NCBI GenBank assembly: GCA_011523185.1
Contig: WTHI01000122.1
Coordinates: forward strand, 39,962 to 99,855
DNA: 59,894 bases
Reading direction: 5' to 3'
Origin: Methanobacteriota archaeon
GTDB taxonomy: Archaea; Thermoplasmatota; Poseidoniia; Poseidoniales; Thalassarchaeaceae
Shown here: piece after piece, positions 1 through 9,464 of the stretch
Numbering within the stretch: the stretch's first letter is position 1
Layout of the letters: every line of letters begins with the position of its first letter
Position numbers and translations under genes: made by a program
The notes under the pieces: model-generated
The model's input: only the letters and a program-made list of their open reading frames with translations
Told to the model about the DNA's origin: nothing
Databases searched by the model: none

Positions 1-383
1 CTATCCATGCGGATAGAACCTCTATGTTTGATAAAAAAGCCAGTAAAATTTGTTCATCTACCTTATCAGAAACTCAAGAACACACTCCAAGTAGTCTAGT
101 AGTTGCGCAGTGTATTGGCCCTCAATTTGAATCGCCTTCTGAAATTGATGCACTTGTTCGTTTGGGTGCTGATGTAGTTGGGATGACCCTTGGCCCTGAG
201 TCACGTTTGATCGCTGAAACAGGAATCCCTCATGTGGCGATATCATGTTCATCAAATTGGGCGGCGGGAAGAACTCCCGGTGACCCTTCAGCAGAAATCG
301 ACCATCATGCAGTTGATGCTAAGGCAGCAACCCTACGTGCTCGTGTGAGAGATTGTATCGAAGCCTTGCAAGCTAATTATTGA
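1..383 (+). CDS. Purine nucleoside phosphorylase / methylthioadenosine phosphorylase family, 3' part (5' end probably outside the window)
   Basis: GPQFESPSE, LGADVVGMT and SNWAAG match the PNP/MTAP C-terminal motifs. Confidence 0.85.
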   Translation, partial: IHADRTSMFDKKASKICSSTLSETQEHTPSSLVVAQCIGPQFESPSEIDALVRLGADVVGMTLGPESRLIAETGIPHVAISCSSNWAAGRTPGDPSAEIDHHAVDAKAATLRARVRDCIEALQANY

Positions 384-392
384 GGGATAAAA

Positions 393-695
393 TTGCAAGG
401 CCAGAGATTGGGCTTAATCCTACTTTTAGTCTCTGTTTTCCTATTCATCGAAGCATTGGATAGAATGGATTGGTGGGATCAAAAAGACAAGGAGTATGAG
501 AGGGAATGTCTGCCAAATAACAACCCTCAACCCGATGCAGAATTATGTGCCGAACTTCAAAATGAAGCAAATTCAAGAATGAGAATATTTTCTGCCGTAT
601 TATTCTCGTCAATTATTCTATCTCTTGTTGGCTTATCGTATGTTCTTCCTGCGGGTTCTGATTATCCTAGAAATCCACCAGGTGGTAGATTCTAG
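393..695 (+). CDS. Small two-TM membrane protein, unknown function
   Basis: Two hydrophobic helices flank a loop with two Cys; fills the gap between neighbours. Confidence 0.7.
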   Translation: MQGQRLGLILLLVSVFLFIEALDRMDWWDQKDKEYERECLPNNNPQPDAELCAELQNEANSRMRIFSAVLFSSIILSLVGLSYVLPAGSDYPRNPPGGRF

Positions 696-737
696 AACAT
701 TAGACAGTTTGATGGTTCTCCAATTACTGGGCGATGT

Positions 738-1127
738 ATGACCCGACTGTTGACTGTAGATGATTGGAAGGAAGTTGAATGGAATTCTAAGCCCGATGGC
801 TCTTGGGCTACCATGATGGCTAGGGTTGCCGCTTTCCATAGTAAACACGATTTCGCTAACCCTGAGAATAATGGACATGATATGGGGTATCGTGTGGCTC
901 TAACCGTTGAGGAATTAGGCGAGTTTGCAGCGGCGATAACTAAAGGAAAGCCAAAGGAAGAAGCATCTGAAGAATTAGCGGATTTGTTGATTTTGATACT
1001 TGGTCACTCTCTTGCAATGCACATTGATTTAGAATCCGAATTCCACAGCAAAATGGACAAAATAATGCAAAGAAAGGCCCGACGAGGTAATCTAGGCATT
1101 AGGGTTACGGAATACGAAGGGGAATGA
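738..1127 (+). CDS. MazG-like nucleotide pyrophosphohydrolase
   Basis: EELGE...EELAD metal-binding motifs. Confidence 0.85.
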   Translation: MTRLLTVDDWKEVEWNSKPDGSWATMMARVAAFHSKHDFANPENNGHDMGYRVALTVEELGEFAAAITKGKPKEEASEELADLLILILGHSLAMHIDLESEFHSKMDKIMQRKARRGNLGIRVTEYEGE

Positions 1128-1215
1128 ATTGTACCGAACCATAGAATTACTAAGCGTTTGTTATCGACACATTGAGAAGCAGATTAAGATTAACCTAGCA
1201 GTTTTGAAATATTGA

Positions 1216-1617
1216 TTAATACAAATTTTTTGTCGACATTTCAATTTCATATTCTGCAATCCAGAGGCTAATCCAAATCCCACCTAATTGCAATACAAGC
1301 CTCACCAGATTTCCAGTCTGAGATAATGACGCCCCATCTCCCAATTCGACAGAATTAACCCACATGTACAGATTTGCTGGGTATAGGCAAATCAACAAAG
1401 TAGCGCTCGCAAATCCTCCTATCCATCTAATCGAGGGGATAATCAGCATGACGCCAACTAAAATTTCAACTACACCACTAGCAATTACCCAAAATTCGGC
1501 TGAACCAAGGATTGGTGGCACAATTGGTTCGAACCATTCGGTATCCGTGAAATGCAATACTCCTACATAAACGAAGAATGAACCGCCTAAGATTGCGAAC
1601 AAGTCGCGAAAATTCAT
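1216..1617 (-). CDS. DoxX-like membrane protein
   Basis: GVLHF...SGVVEI...PANLYM pattern; start moved to ATG 1617, immediately after folA. Confidence 0.75.
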   Translation of the reverse strand: MNFRDLFAILGGSFFVYVGVLHFTDTEWFEPIVPPILGSAEFWVIASGVVEILVGVMLIIPSIRWIGGFASATLLICLYPANLYMWVNSVELGDGASLSQTGNLVRLVLQLGGIWISLWIAEYEIEMSTKNLY

Positions 1618-1618
1618 G

Positions 1619-2128
1619 TTATCGCCTAGTCCAGATGGAATATGTAGTGTCGTATTCGTTATTGGAGTCTGATTGCAATTTTTCGATAAGTTCCTCAGAC
1701 CATTCAGCACGATTCCATTCTGGGAATTTCACGTCGCCACTATTATTGGTTTGGACCGTTGTAAGATGAATTTCTTCTACACGATCAAGAAACATTTGGT
1801 AAATCTGAGCCCCTCCAATAATCCAGCATTCATCGCAACCATCTGCATAGGCGATTTCTATGGCTCGGCCGATGTATAGAGCGGTCTCTGCCCCATCTGC
1901 TTCCCATCCGGTGTCTCTTGACATTACGATGTTTAATCGCTCGGGTAATGGTCGATATGCTTCGGGAAGTGAATCCCAAGTTTTTCTCCCCATAATTACC
2001 GCGTTAAACCCATCTCCTTCAGTCAATTGTTTGAATCGAGCCATGTCCGAAGCTAAACGCCATGGAAGTCCCTCTCCCCTTCCAATACATCCCTCTTCAT
2101 CCATAGCAACAATCATCGACATACGCAT
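1619..2128 (-). CDS. folA: Dihydrofolate reductase
   Basis: LPWRLASDMARFK, VIMGRKTWDSL, RPLPERLNIV, IIGGAQIY. Confidence 0.97.
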   Translation of the reverse strand: MRMSMIVAMDEEGCIGRGEGLPWRLASDMARFKQLTEGDGFNAVIMGRKTWDSLPEAYRPLPERLNIVMSRDTGWEADGAETALYIGRAIEIAYADGCDECWIIGGAQIYQMFLDRVEEIHLTTVQTNNSGDVKFPEWNRAEWSEELIEKLQSDSNNEYDTTYSIWTRR

Positions 2129-2137
2129 ATTATTACC

Positions 2138-2965
2138 TCAAACAGAAATTGGTGCCGAAATATGTGGGTGATGCTCATAATTCAGAATTTCAATACTCTC
2201 TGCAGTAAATTCATCTATTTCTGAGATGGTCTCATCTAACTTGAGTTTAGGCAATGGAAGTGGTTTCCTAGAAATTTGTTCCTGGGCTTGTTCTATGTGG
2301 TTTAGGTACAAATGACAATCCCCTCCAGTCCAGACAAATTCACCGGGTTTCAATCCGCATACCTGAGCCATCATACAGGTTAGTAGACTGTATGATGAAA
2401 TATTGAATGGGACTCCAAGAAAAGCATCGGCGCTTCTTTGGTATAATTGGCAGGACAATTTTCCTTCGTTGACATAGAATTGGAAAAAAGCATGGCAAGG
2501 CATTAACGCCATATCTTCCAATTCTCCAACATTCCAAGCCGAAACAATAATTCTTCGTGAATTTGGATTCTGTTTTATCATTTCAATGGCGTTTTCAATT
2601 TGGTCTACGACCCTGCCATCATTAGTCTCCCATTTTCTCCATTGTTTTCCATAAACAGGCCCAAGGTCACCATCTTCGTCGGCCCATTCGTTCCATATCC
2701 GGACGTTATTTTCCTGTAGATAGGCAACGTTAGTATCTCCAGATAAAAACCACAATAATTCATGGATTATACTAGGCCAATGAAGTTTTTTTGTGGTCAC
2801 GGCTGGAAAAGATTCGGATAAGTCAAATCGCATTTGGTGGCCGAAAACTGAAATTGTTCCGGTGCCTGTACGATCAGATTTCTCTATTCCTTCGTCAAGG
2901 ATTCGTTCGAGGAATGCTAGGTATTGCTCCATGTCAACTAAACCTACAGAACCGCCGAAGTCCAT
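2138..2965 (-). CDS. thyA: Thymidylate synthase (bacterial-type ThyA); start may be ATG 2932
   Basis: DRTGTGT, ELLWFL, MALMPCH catalytic Cys, [15 protein letters not shown]. Confidence 0.98.
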   Translation of the reverse strand: MDFGGSVGLVDMEQYLAFLERILDEGIEKSDRTGTGTISVFGHQMRFDLSESFPAVTTKKLHWPSIIHELLWFLSGDTNVAYLQENNVRIWNEWADEDGDLGPVYGKQWRKWETNDGRVVDQIENAIEMIKQNPNSRRIIVSAWNVGELEDMALMPCHAFFQFYVNEGKLSCQLYQRSADAFLGVPFNISSYSLLTCMMAQVCGLKPGEFVWTGGDCHLYLNHIEQAQEQISRKPLPLPKLKLDETISEIDEFTAESIEILNYEHHPHISAPISV

Positions 2966-3012
2966 GAAGGATGCGGATATCTTGACTCAAATTTTGGCCC
3001 CAAAAATTTGGA

Positions 3013-3789
3013 TTAGGGTGCCCCCAATACTCTCAAATTTTCAATTAATTGATCTGTGAATCTTCTGTAATGTGATTTCATTATCGACCTTTGGCCATGC
3101 TCGTCTAAATCAGCAATCTTGGAAATGTCTTCATCGGACATATTCCCTCCGGATTCATCCCCTAACCACTCTCCAAAGGTGATTGGGTTATCGACATTGA
3201 CTTGCACTTTCGCCAATGGATTGACCACAGCAGAACCTGGTGCCATGAATTTTCTTGCACCAATAATTGCCATTGGTACAACTGGTACTTCTGGAAACCT
3301 AGCAGCTAATCGAGCAACGCCAGTCTTACCTCTAGAAAGGTAAGGTGGTTTATCTGATCTGGAGCGAGTTCCTTCGGGGAATATACCCATGACATTCCCT
3401 CCCGAAAGAACGTCCACAGCACTTGCTAATGCTTCCACCCCCCCTGATTCTCGAAATGTTTCAATCTGTCCAGTGGAAGTCATCAGTTTCTGGAATTTTT
3501 TGTCTTCGAAATGTTCTGCTTTTGCAAGATAATGTACAGGTCTTTTAGCACCCATTATTTTGACAATTGGATCGATGTGCGATGTATGGTTACCAACTAG
3601 TATGGCGGGTCCATTTTTTGGGATTCTATTTACTCCATTGTAACTTACATTAGTTATCGTTCTAACTAATGATGGTGATAATTCAATCAAACCTTTGTAA
3701 AACATTGGAGTTGAATGGGATTCTCCCGTGCCCTCTAGCCCGGTCAATTTCGCCACCGTTTCCAAAGAATCAGCGGACAAGCCGGGCAT
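3013..3789 (-). CDS. plsC: 1-acyl-sn-glycerol-3-phosphate acyltransferase (PlsC family)
   Basis: NHTSHID (HX4D) and FPEGTRS motifs. Confidence 0.9.
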   Translation of the reverse strand: MPGLSADSLETVAKLTGLEGTGESHSTPMFYKGLIELSPSLVRTITNVSYNGVNRIPKNGPAILVGNHTSHIDPIVKIMGAKRPVHYLAKAEHFEDKKFQKLMTSTGQIETFRESGGVEALASAVDVLSGGNVMGIFPEGTRSRSDKPPYLSRGKTGVARLAARFPEVPVVPMAIIGARKFMAPGSAVVNPLAKVQVNVDNPITFGEWLGDESGGNMSDEDISKIADLDEHGQRSIMKSHYRRFTDQLIENLRVLGAP

Positions 3790-3869
3790 CGTTCCTCCGA
3801 CTACTGCTCTGCATTATTGCTTTGCGTAAGTGCGATGACTTCTTCTGATACATACTACCCCCCGCTATT

Positions 3870-4970
3870 GTGGGCATACCTAGAGTACTCTGTCTAGCTA
3901 TGTGTTGCATAATTTTGCTACCAATGACTGCACCCGCAGTTGTTGCTGAATGGGAAGATGATAATTGGCTCAGAAATATCATTGGTCCAGAAAGGCTTGA
4001 ACTCGGAGATGAATTTGGCTGTCATGGGTTTGAAGGAGTAGATGTTAGAGAGGAGTCTTGGGTCATTGAAGAGTGTAGAGATTACCTAAATCGATTCACC
4101 GACGCATCACGTTGGGGCTCTCAACCGATTTCCTTCGGCCATCCAAACGGTGCAGTGACTGAAGAAATCGCTAGTGCAATTTCTGGGGCTGGTTTTTCAA
4201 TTATTGGCGATAGAATTGAAGGCGATGGTCATGGACTAAATGTTGTAGAACGATTAACCAGTCTTGAAAAAGGCCAAGCTAATTTGTCGGCCTTAGAAAA
4301 CGCTGAACGAGATAGCCTAGTCAGCATTTATTGGATTGCTAGATGGCACGATATCAATATCAGAGAGGATAAAGATGCTATTTCCTTGCTCAAATCTCAA
4401 GAGGTTTGGTTTACCACTTGGGGGGAGTGGCATGGGCACAAAATATCTGGAGAGTCATATGACAGAATTTTGACCTCAGATCCACAAGTAAAGACATACA
4501 GAATTTCCACATTGTCCGATTCTTTTTGGGCAGTCCCGGGTACGGCCTTATTCGAATGGTCAGAACCTCCCACAAGTATACAATTTGATGGCGAAGAGGC
4601 GTTAGTTATACCTGCGGCTCAAAAGCATCTGATAACAGGTATACGGCCAGTAGATGGAGGTGCATATGTTACAGCAGAACCAGGAGTTGTTGTCGAATTC
4701 TTCTTTGAATCCGAAGAAGTTTCAATTTCGCATACTCCGCAGGTCACTTTCAATGGATTACACCATTCTGTAAGTATAGTCGGCCACCACGTAACAAACC
4801 TACACGATTGGACTTCTGATTTTCATAATTCACCACTTCGATTCACTTGGTTAATAGAGAGGCCTGCAGCATTGCAAATGGATTGGAGGCTACCCGTGTT
4901 GGCTATCGGGATATTAATCGCCACTCCAATCGCTGTAAAATTTGTAATTTCAAGGGATGTTCATAATTGA
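3870..4970 (+). CDS. Secreted, C-terminally membrane-anchored protein of unknown function
   Basis: Signal peptide, 366-aa ORF, C-terminal TM helix. Confidence 0.7.
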   Translation: MGIPRVLCLAMCCIILLPMTAPAVVAEWEDDNWLRNIIGPERLELGDEFGCHGFEGVDVREESWVIEECRDYLNRFTDASRWGSQPISFGHPNGAVTEEIASAISGAGFSIIGDRIEGDGHGLNVVERLTSLEKGQANLSALENAERDSLVSIYWIARWHDINIREDKDAISLLKSQEVWFTTWGEWHGHKISGESYDRILTSDPQVKTYRISTLSDSFWAVPGTALFEWSEPPTSIQFDGEEALVIPAAQKHLITGIRPVDGGAYVTAEPGVVVEFFFESEEVSISHTPQVTFNGLHHSVSIVGHHVTNLHDWTSDFHNSPLRFTWLIERPAALQMDWRLPVLAIGILIATPIAVKFVISRDVHN

Positions 4971-4985
4971 CAATTGTCTAATTAA

Positions 4986-6041
4986 TTAAGCAATTTCCGG
5001 GCCATCTATACGTATATTATTCAATTTCATAGTCTGGATAATTTTCGCAATGATATCGTTACCCAATGATTCTGGTGCATGTACCCCTACCGGTAACATA
5101 TCCGGGTCTTCCAACCAAGCTTCTACACAACATGCTGTCACCATTCCGGTCGCTCGGGCCATGGAATGACCATCATCTCCTCCATGGTCCTCAACTTCCC
5201 ACTCCAAAACCTCTCCATTCCTTGACTCGGTTCTAACCTTCATCCAAGTAAATTCAGGAATTTTATGATCATAACTCCATTCCCAAATTAATTCCTCTTC
5301 ATTCAGTCCCCCTGATTCTTTTTCGTCTATAAATTTCTGGATATGGCCGGGCCATCGAACAGTAAATTCGGACATTTCTACTGCTGGAATTGATTTCAGA
5401 ACAGAACGTAATCCATCCGTAAGAAAGGCCTCCATTTCGCCATGTTCTCCAGTATCGACCATATGGCGTTGAGTTAAGGCAGGAAGAGTAACCTCTTCTC
5501 CCTGACGAATTACCCTCGCGGGTCTAGTATATTCTGCGATTACATCAATAGGGGAAAATGGAGCCATATACTTCCATTCACCATATGGTCCGGTAGGGTT
5601 GCCACCTACCCAAATTTCAGCTTTCTCCAAAGGTCCAAATTTTCTATCTGCATAGGCTAGCAACATATTGGATAAACCAGGTGCTATACCTACATCCCAA
5701 AGGATTCTGGCACCGTAATCTTGGGCCTTTTGATTATCCCTATCCGGTGTATGTTTGCTGAAACTTAAATCTACCACGCGATATCGACTTTCAGCGAGAT
5801 TGGTTGTTGCCATATGTCCTATATCGCCCGGTAGCATATTCACAACTATGTCAACTTGGCCATTCCTGCTCATTGACATCAAATTGTCCAATACGTCTCC
5901 TGTATGCACAGTAATGCCATCAACCCCCATGACTCTATGTGGTTGAATATCATAGGCGTGAACCTCATGTCCAAGTGTTGCTAGACGTTTTGCAACCCAC
6001 GCACCGACTAATCCTGTTCCCAAACAATGCACGACGGCCAT
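4986..6041 (-). CDS. Saccharopine dehydrogenase / lysine 6-dehydrogenase family
   Basis: GTGLVG Rossmann motif, DVGIAPGLSN, EAFLTDGLRS, TVRWPGH, MARATG. Confidence 0.88.
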   Translation of the reverse strand: MAVVHCLGTGLVGAWVAKRLATLGHEVHAYDIQPHRVMGVDGITVHTGDVLDNLMSMSRNGQVDIVVNMLPGDIGHMATTNLAESRYRVVDLSFSKHTPDRDNQKAQDYGARILWDVGIAPGLSNMLLAYADRKFGPLEKAEIWVGGNPTGPYGEWKYMAPFSPIDVIAEYTRPARVIRQGEEVTLPALTQRHMVDTGEHGEMEAFLTDGLRSVLKSIPAVEMSEFTVRWPGHIQKFIDEKESGGLNEEELIWEWSYDHKIPEFTWMKVRTESRNGEVLEWEVEDHGGDDGHSMARATGMVTACCVEAWLEDPDMLPVGVHAPESLGNDIIAKIIQTMKLNNIRIDGPEIA

Positions 6042-6122
6042 AATTACCCCAGGCCGGTTTAGTTCTTGACTGATTGCAGTTGAGTGTTTGTTCCATTATT
6101 GGGGCGATTAGTTGATTGAGGA

Positions 6123-7523
6123 GTGTATTCTCGTATGGGTGTGGGAAACGCCGGTCGCATCGATCCTTGGTCCTCGGAGCAATCTACAGATTATGCTCGG
6201 ATACGTGACCAATTCGGCTTAGAGAGTCTAGATCTAACTCAAGTTCCTAATCCAAGTATGCTACATCGTAGGGGGATTATTTTCGCACATAGAGATCTCG
6301 ATGTTGTCACTGGATGCATGGAGCGCTCGGACCCGTTTGGTGTATTGACAGGTCTCATGCCCAGCGGGAGGATGCACCTAGGTCATTCAATGGTTATCGA
6401 GCAAGTGAGATGGTTTCAGGAACAAGGTGCTGATATCACTGTAACAGTAGCCGACCTTGAAGCGTTAGCTACTAGAGGAACCAGCCTTGAAGAAGGCAGA
6501 AAAACCGCTCTAAAGGAATATGTCCACAATTACGCTGCGCTCGGTCTTGACCCAAAAACTACCAATGTGTATTTTCAAAGTGGTAGACCCGAAGTTCAGA
6601 GACTTGCATTTTCTTTGGGGCGAAGAACAAATCTTTCTGAATTTGAAGCGATTTATGGCTTCAAAGGTGACACTAATCTAGCACATGTGCAAGCACCTTT
6701 GGTTCAGGTTGGAGATATTATTCACCCGCAATTGGAAGAATTTGGTGGATTACGACCTATCGTAGTTCCAGTTGGAGTTGACCAAGACCCTCATTTACGA
6801 CTGACTAGAGGTATTGCAGGCAAAACCCATTGGTTTAACGTTAAACCAAGAAAAGCCGGAGGTTTGACGGTTTCTCTATCAGTTCAGGATAGTAACTCAG
6901 AAGCCTTCGGAGTATCGCCAAATGGTAGAGTGGATAGACAGGTAAGGGAGTCAATTTTTGAGAGACTAAAGGGGTCATTAGCCCCAATGGGTTACTCTGA
7001 TTTAATTTCAAATCCAAAACATGGGACATTAGACATTCCTGGCGCAAATACCTCCGATGTAGCTCAAGTCCGAATGTGTGTACTTCGACTCGAACGTGAG
7101 ATGGGTGGGATGGGGCTAATGCCTCCAAGCTCTACCTACCACCGGTTTGCAATAGGGCTGACTGGAGATAAGATGTCATCCTCTAAGCCACAAACTACAA
7201 TTTTCATGGATGATACTCACGATGAGATGAGTAAGAAGGTAAAGCGGGCATTTAGTGGGGGTCAACCAACTGTAGAGGAACATAGAAGACTCGGTGGCGA
7301 TTGTTCCAAGGATGTTGCATTCCAATATTTACAGTTCTTCTTTGAACAGGACGACTCTGAATTAACAAGGATTGCCAGAGAATACGAATCTGGAAAACTA
7401 TTGGCTGGAGAAATGAAGCAGATTTGTATCGATAGAGCAAGCGAATGGCTTTCTGAATTAGCCGATAAGAGAGATATGTGGGAAGGGCGCCTTGAGGAAT
7501 TCCTAGCGCCTGACGCGAAATAA
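6123..7523 (+). CDS. trpS: Tryptophan-tRNA ligase (archaeal type)
   Basis: TGLMPSGRMHLGH, VPVGVDQDPH, KMSSS, AFSGGQ. Confidence 0.96.
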   Translation: MYSRMGVGNAGRIDPWSSEQSTDYARIRDQFGLESLDLTQVPNPSMLHRRGIIFAHRDLDVVTGCMERSDPFGVLTGLMPSGRMHLGHSMVIEQVRWFQEQGADITVTVADLEALATRGTSLEEGRKTALKEYVHNYAALGLDPKTTNVYFQSGRPEVQRLAFSLGRRTNLSEFEAIYGFKGDTNLAHVQAPLVQVGDIIHPQLEEFGGLRPIVVPVGVDQDPHLRLTRGIAGKTHWFNVKPRKAGGLTVSLSVQDSNSEAFGVSPNGRVDRQVRESIFERLKGSLAPMGYSDLISNPKHGTLDIPGANTSDVAQVRMCVLRLEREMGGMGLMPPSSTYHRFAIGLTGDKMSSSKPQTTIFMDDTHDEMSKKVKRAFSGGQPTVEEHRRLGGDCSKDVAFQYLQFFFEQDDSELTRIAREYESGKLLAGEMKQICIDRASEWLSELADKRDMWEGRLEEFLAPDAK

Positions 7524-7527
7524 GGGG

Positions 7528-8139
7528 CTATTCTTCAAAGTCGCTTGAATCGAAAATGGGTATCTGAGGGCCTGTTGCTAAGGCTGCGATTTCCTCTTCG
7601 GACAACTCTGTTGATGTAGCCGATTCATGCAAGATTTGAGAATGACCATTCGGATCTAATAACAATAATTCAACAGGCTCTTCCCCCTTCTTGACTCTTG
7701 ATATTCTATCAATTAATTCTTGACAGGATTCAACTTTTTCTTTTCCTTCTTCACCATCTCGTATTGCACCACGTTGTATCATTGAGATAGCATCGGAAAA
7801 TCGATTTAGCACTCCTTCTACATTGGAAATATACCCTGTTGCATTGTCACCGGGTTCTACTTCCAAGCCCAATTCGACAATTCTCACTGTGCATGATGAA
7901 GATCTAACCACTCTGGTAGTCATTAAATCTGAATTGTCGATAACCAGTGACCAGACACTTGGCTTCTTTCCTTCCGAGGGTATAAAATCGGTGTGCCTCC
8001 AACCGCACTCATTGCAAATGATTGTCATCTCTGTGTGTTCGCCAAAGTATGGTATTTCTGAGGTGTGAACGTTTAGAATTAATCCATTCTGTGAATTACA
8101 AATTGGACAAGGATATTCAAGAGAGCTTTCCAAATTCAC
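7528..8139 (-). CDS. ZPR1 zinc finger protein
   Basis: CPIC...IPYFGE...CNECGW, GYISNVEGVL, DPNGHS. Confidence 0.93.
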   Translation of the reverse strand: MNLESSLEYPCPICNSQNGLILNVHTSEIPYFGEHTEMTIICNECGWRHTDFIPSEGKKPSVWSLVIDNSDLMTTRVVRSSSCTVRIVELGLEVEPGDNATGYISNVEGVLNRFSDAISMIQRGAIRDGEEGKEKVESCQELIDRISRVKKGEEPVELLLLDPNGHSQILHESATSTELSEEEIAALATGPQIPIFDSSDFEE

Positions 8140-8142
8140 ACC

Positions 8143-8550
8143 TCAGTAAGCAGTATTTTGCTCCTCGGATATAGCAAATGTTGATGGCAAGAGTAACAAT
8201 CTTGAGGTGCCCAATCTAATCACTTCTCCCGATAAGTCGGTTTCTACGAAAGATTGAATTCTATCTACTGCAATTCTTAATTCGGTTTCAACTGTGATTA
8301 AGCGCGACATTTCTAAAATTACGATATCACCATCTGATAACCAATCTAGTAGCTTAGGGATTCCTGTAATATCATCTAAAATTGCCCTGTGGACAATAAC
8401 ATCGCCCATTCCTCTAGCCACTGGCGCATCTGCGTATAGCTCACCCAAGTCATGGTAATCTTGACCTGGGTCTAATGAAAAGTCGCGAGACTGAGAAGGT
8501 AAACTAGGCATCTCGATCCATTTGGGTTCGGACCTAGTAGGCTTCGCCAT
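8143..8550 (-). CDS. sepF: Cell division protein SepF (archaeal)
   Basis: GDIVILEM...GEVIRLG..LLLLP core; SepF-ZPR1 adjacency is typical of archaea. Confidence 0.75.
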   Translation of the reverse strand: MAKPTRSEPKWIEMPSLPSQSRDFSLDPGQDYHDLGELYADAPVARGMGDVIVHRAILDDITGIPKLLDWLSDGDIVILEMSRLITVETELRIAVDRIQSFVETDLSGEVIRLGTSRLLLLPSTFAISEEQNTAY

Positions 8551-8755
8551 AATTCATTCCGGAGTGGTAGGCTCTTTGAGTAATACGGTTAATGTTGGAT
8601 GGAAATGCCCAATTAATCACCTATGTTCAAAGAGACATTTTGGCTCGAAGCCTAATTACAAGTTTGAGCACATTCCCTCACTAACACCCCGTCGGATTGA
8701 TAAGGGGCCGGATTTGAGTGCAATCCGCAGGGAACTCTCCGTGCGGTGAAATCAG

Positions 8756-9382
8756 ATGAATGCAGAAGCAGACGCCGTCAAGACCGGAACCAGCACTGTT
8801 GGCATAACATTCGACGGAGGTGTTGTAGTCGGAGCAGACCATAGAGCAACTATGGGGCACTTTATTGCAAACAAGAGCGTCAAGAAGTTGTTCAAAATTT
8901 CAAACAACGTCGCCCTCACCACTGCAGGCCTTGTAGGACATGCCCAATCACTTTCACGAACCCTAGCAGCAGAATTGAGGCTATACGAACTGAAGCGTAA
9001 CGCTCCAATGACTGTCCGAGGTGCTGCTACATTAACCGCAAACATACTAGTGGGTAGGCCACACTATGTTCAACTATTGATTGTTGGAACCGATGAAGAT
9101 GGTCCGAGTGTGTATTCGATAGACTCAGCAGGTGGCTCAATTCCAGACGTCTACTGCGCCACCGGTTCAGGAAGTCCATTCATGTACGGTGTCCTAGAAG
9201 ACCAGTACAAGGATGGTATGAATCAGAATCAAGCACTAAAGGTAGCCGCAAAGGCACTCCTGGCATCGGCACAAAGAGATGCAGCAAGCGGAAATGGCAT
9301 GGATCTTGCAGTAATTACAAAAGATGCAGGCTACCAACAGCTAACAGAGAAAGAGGTCTCAGACCTACTTTCCAAATTGTAA
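8756..9382 (+). CDS. psmB: Proteasome subunit beta
   Basis: KTG|TSTVG propeptide cleavage site, GSGS, RDAASG; GGTGA Shine-Dalgarno at 8745. Confidence 0.96.
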   Translation: MNAEADAVKTGTSTVGITFDGGVVVGADHRATMGHFIANKSVKKLFKISNNVALTTAGLVGHAQSLSRTLAAELRLYELKRNAPMTVRGAATLTANILVGRPHYVQLLIVGTDEDGPSVYSIDSAGGSIPDVYCATGSGSPFMYGVLEDQYKDGMNQNQALKVAAKALLASAQRDAASGNGMDLAVITKDAGYQQLTEKEVSDLLSKL

Positions 9383-9464
9383 ACAATCTCCACGGCATTA
9401 AGCCTTACAACCTCATTTCGAGGTTTTTGGTAGAGGGTGGAGTTCCTCAATTGAGGTGTGAATA

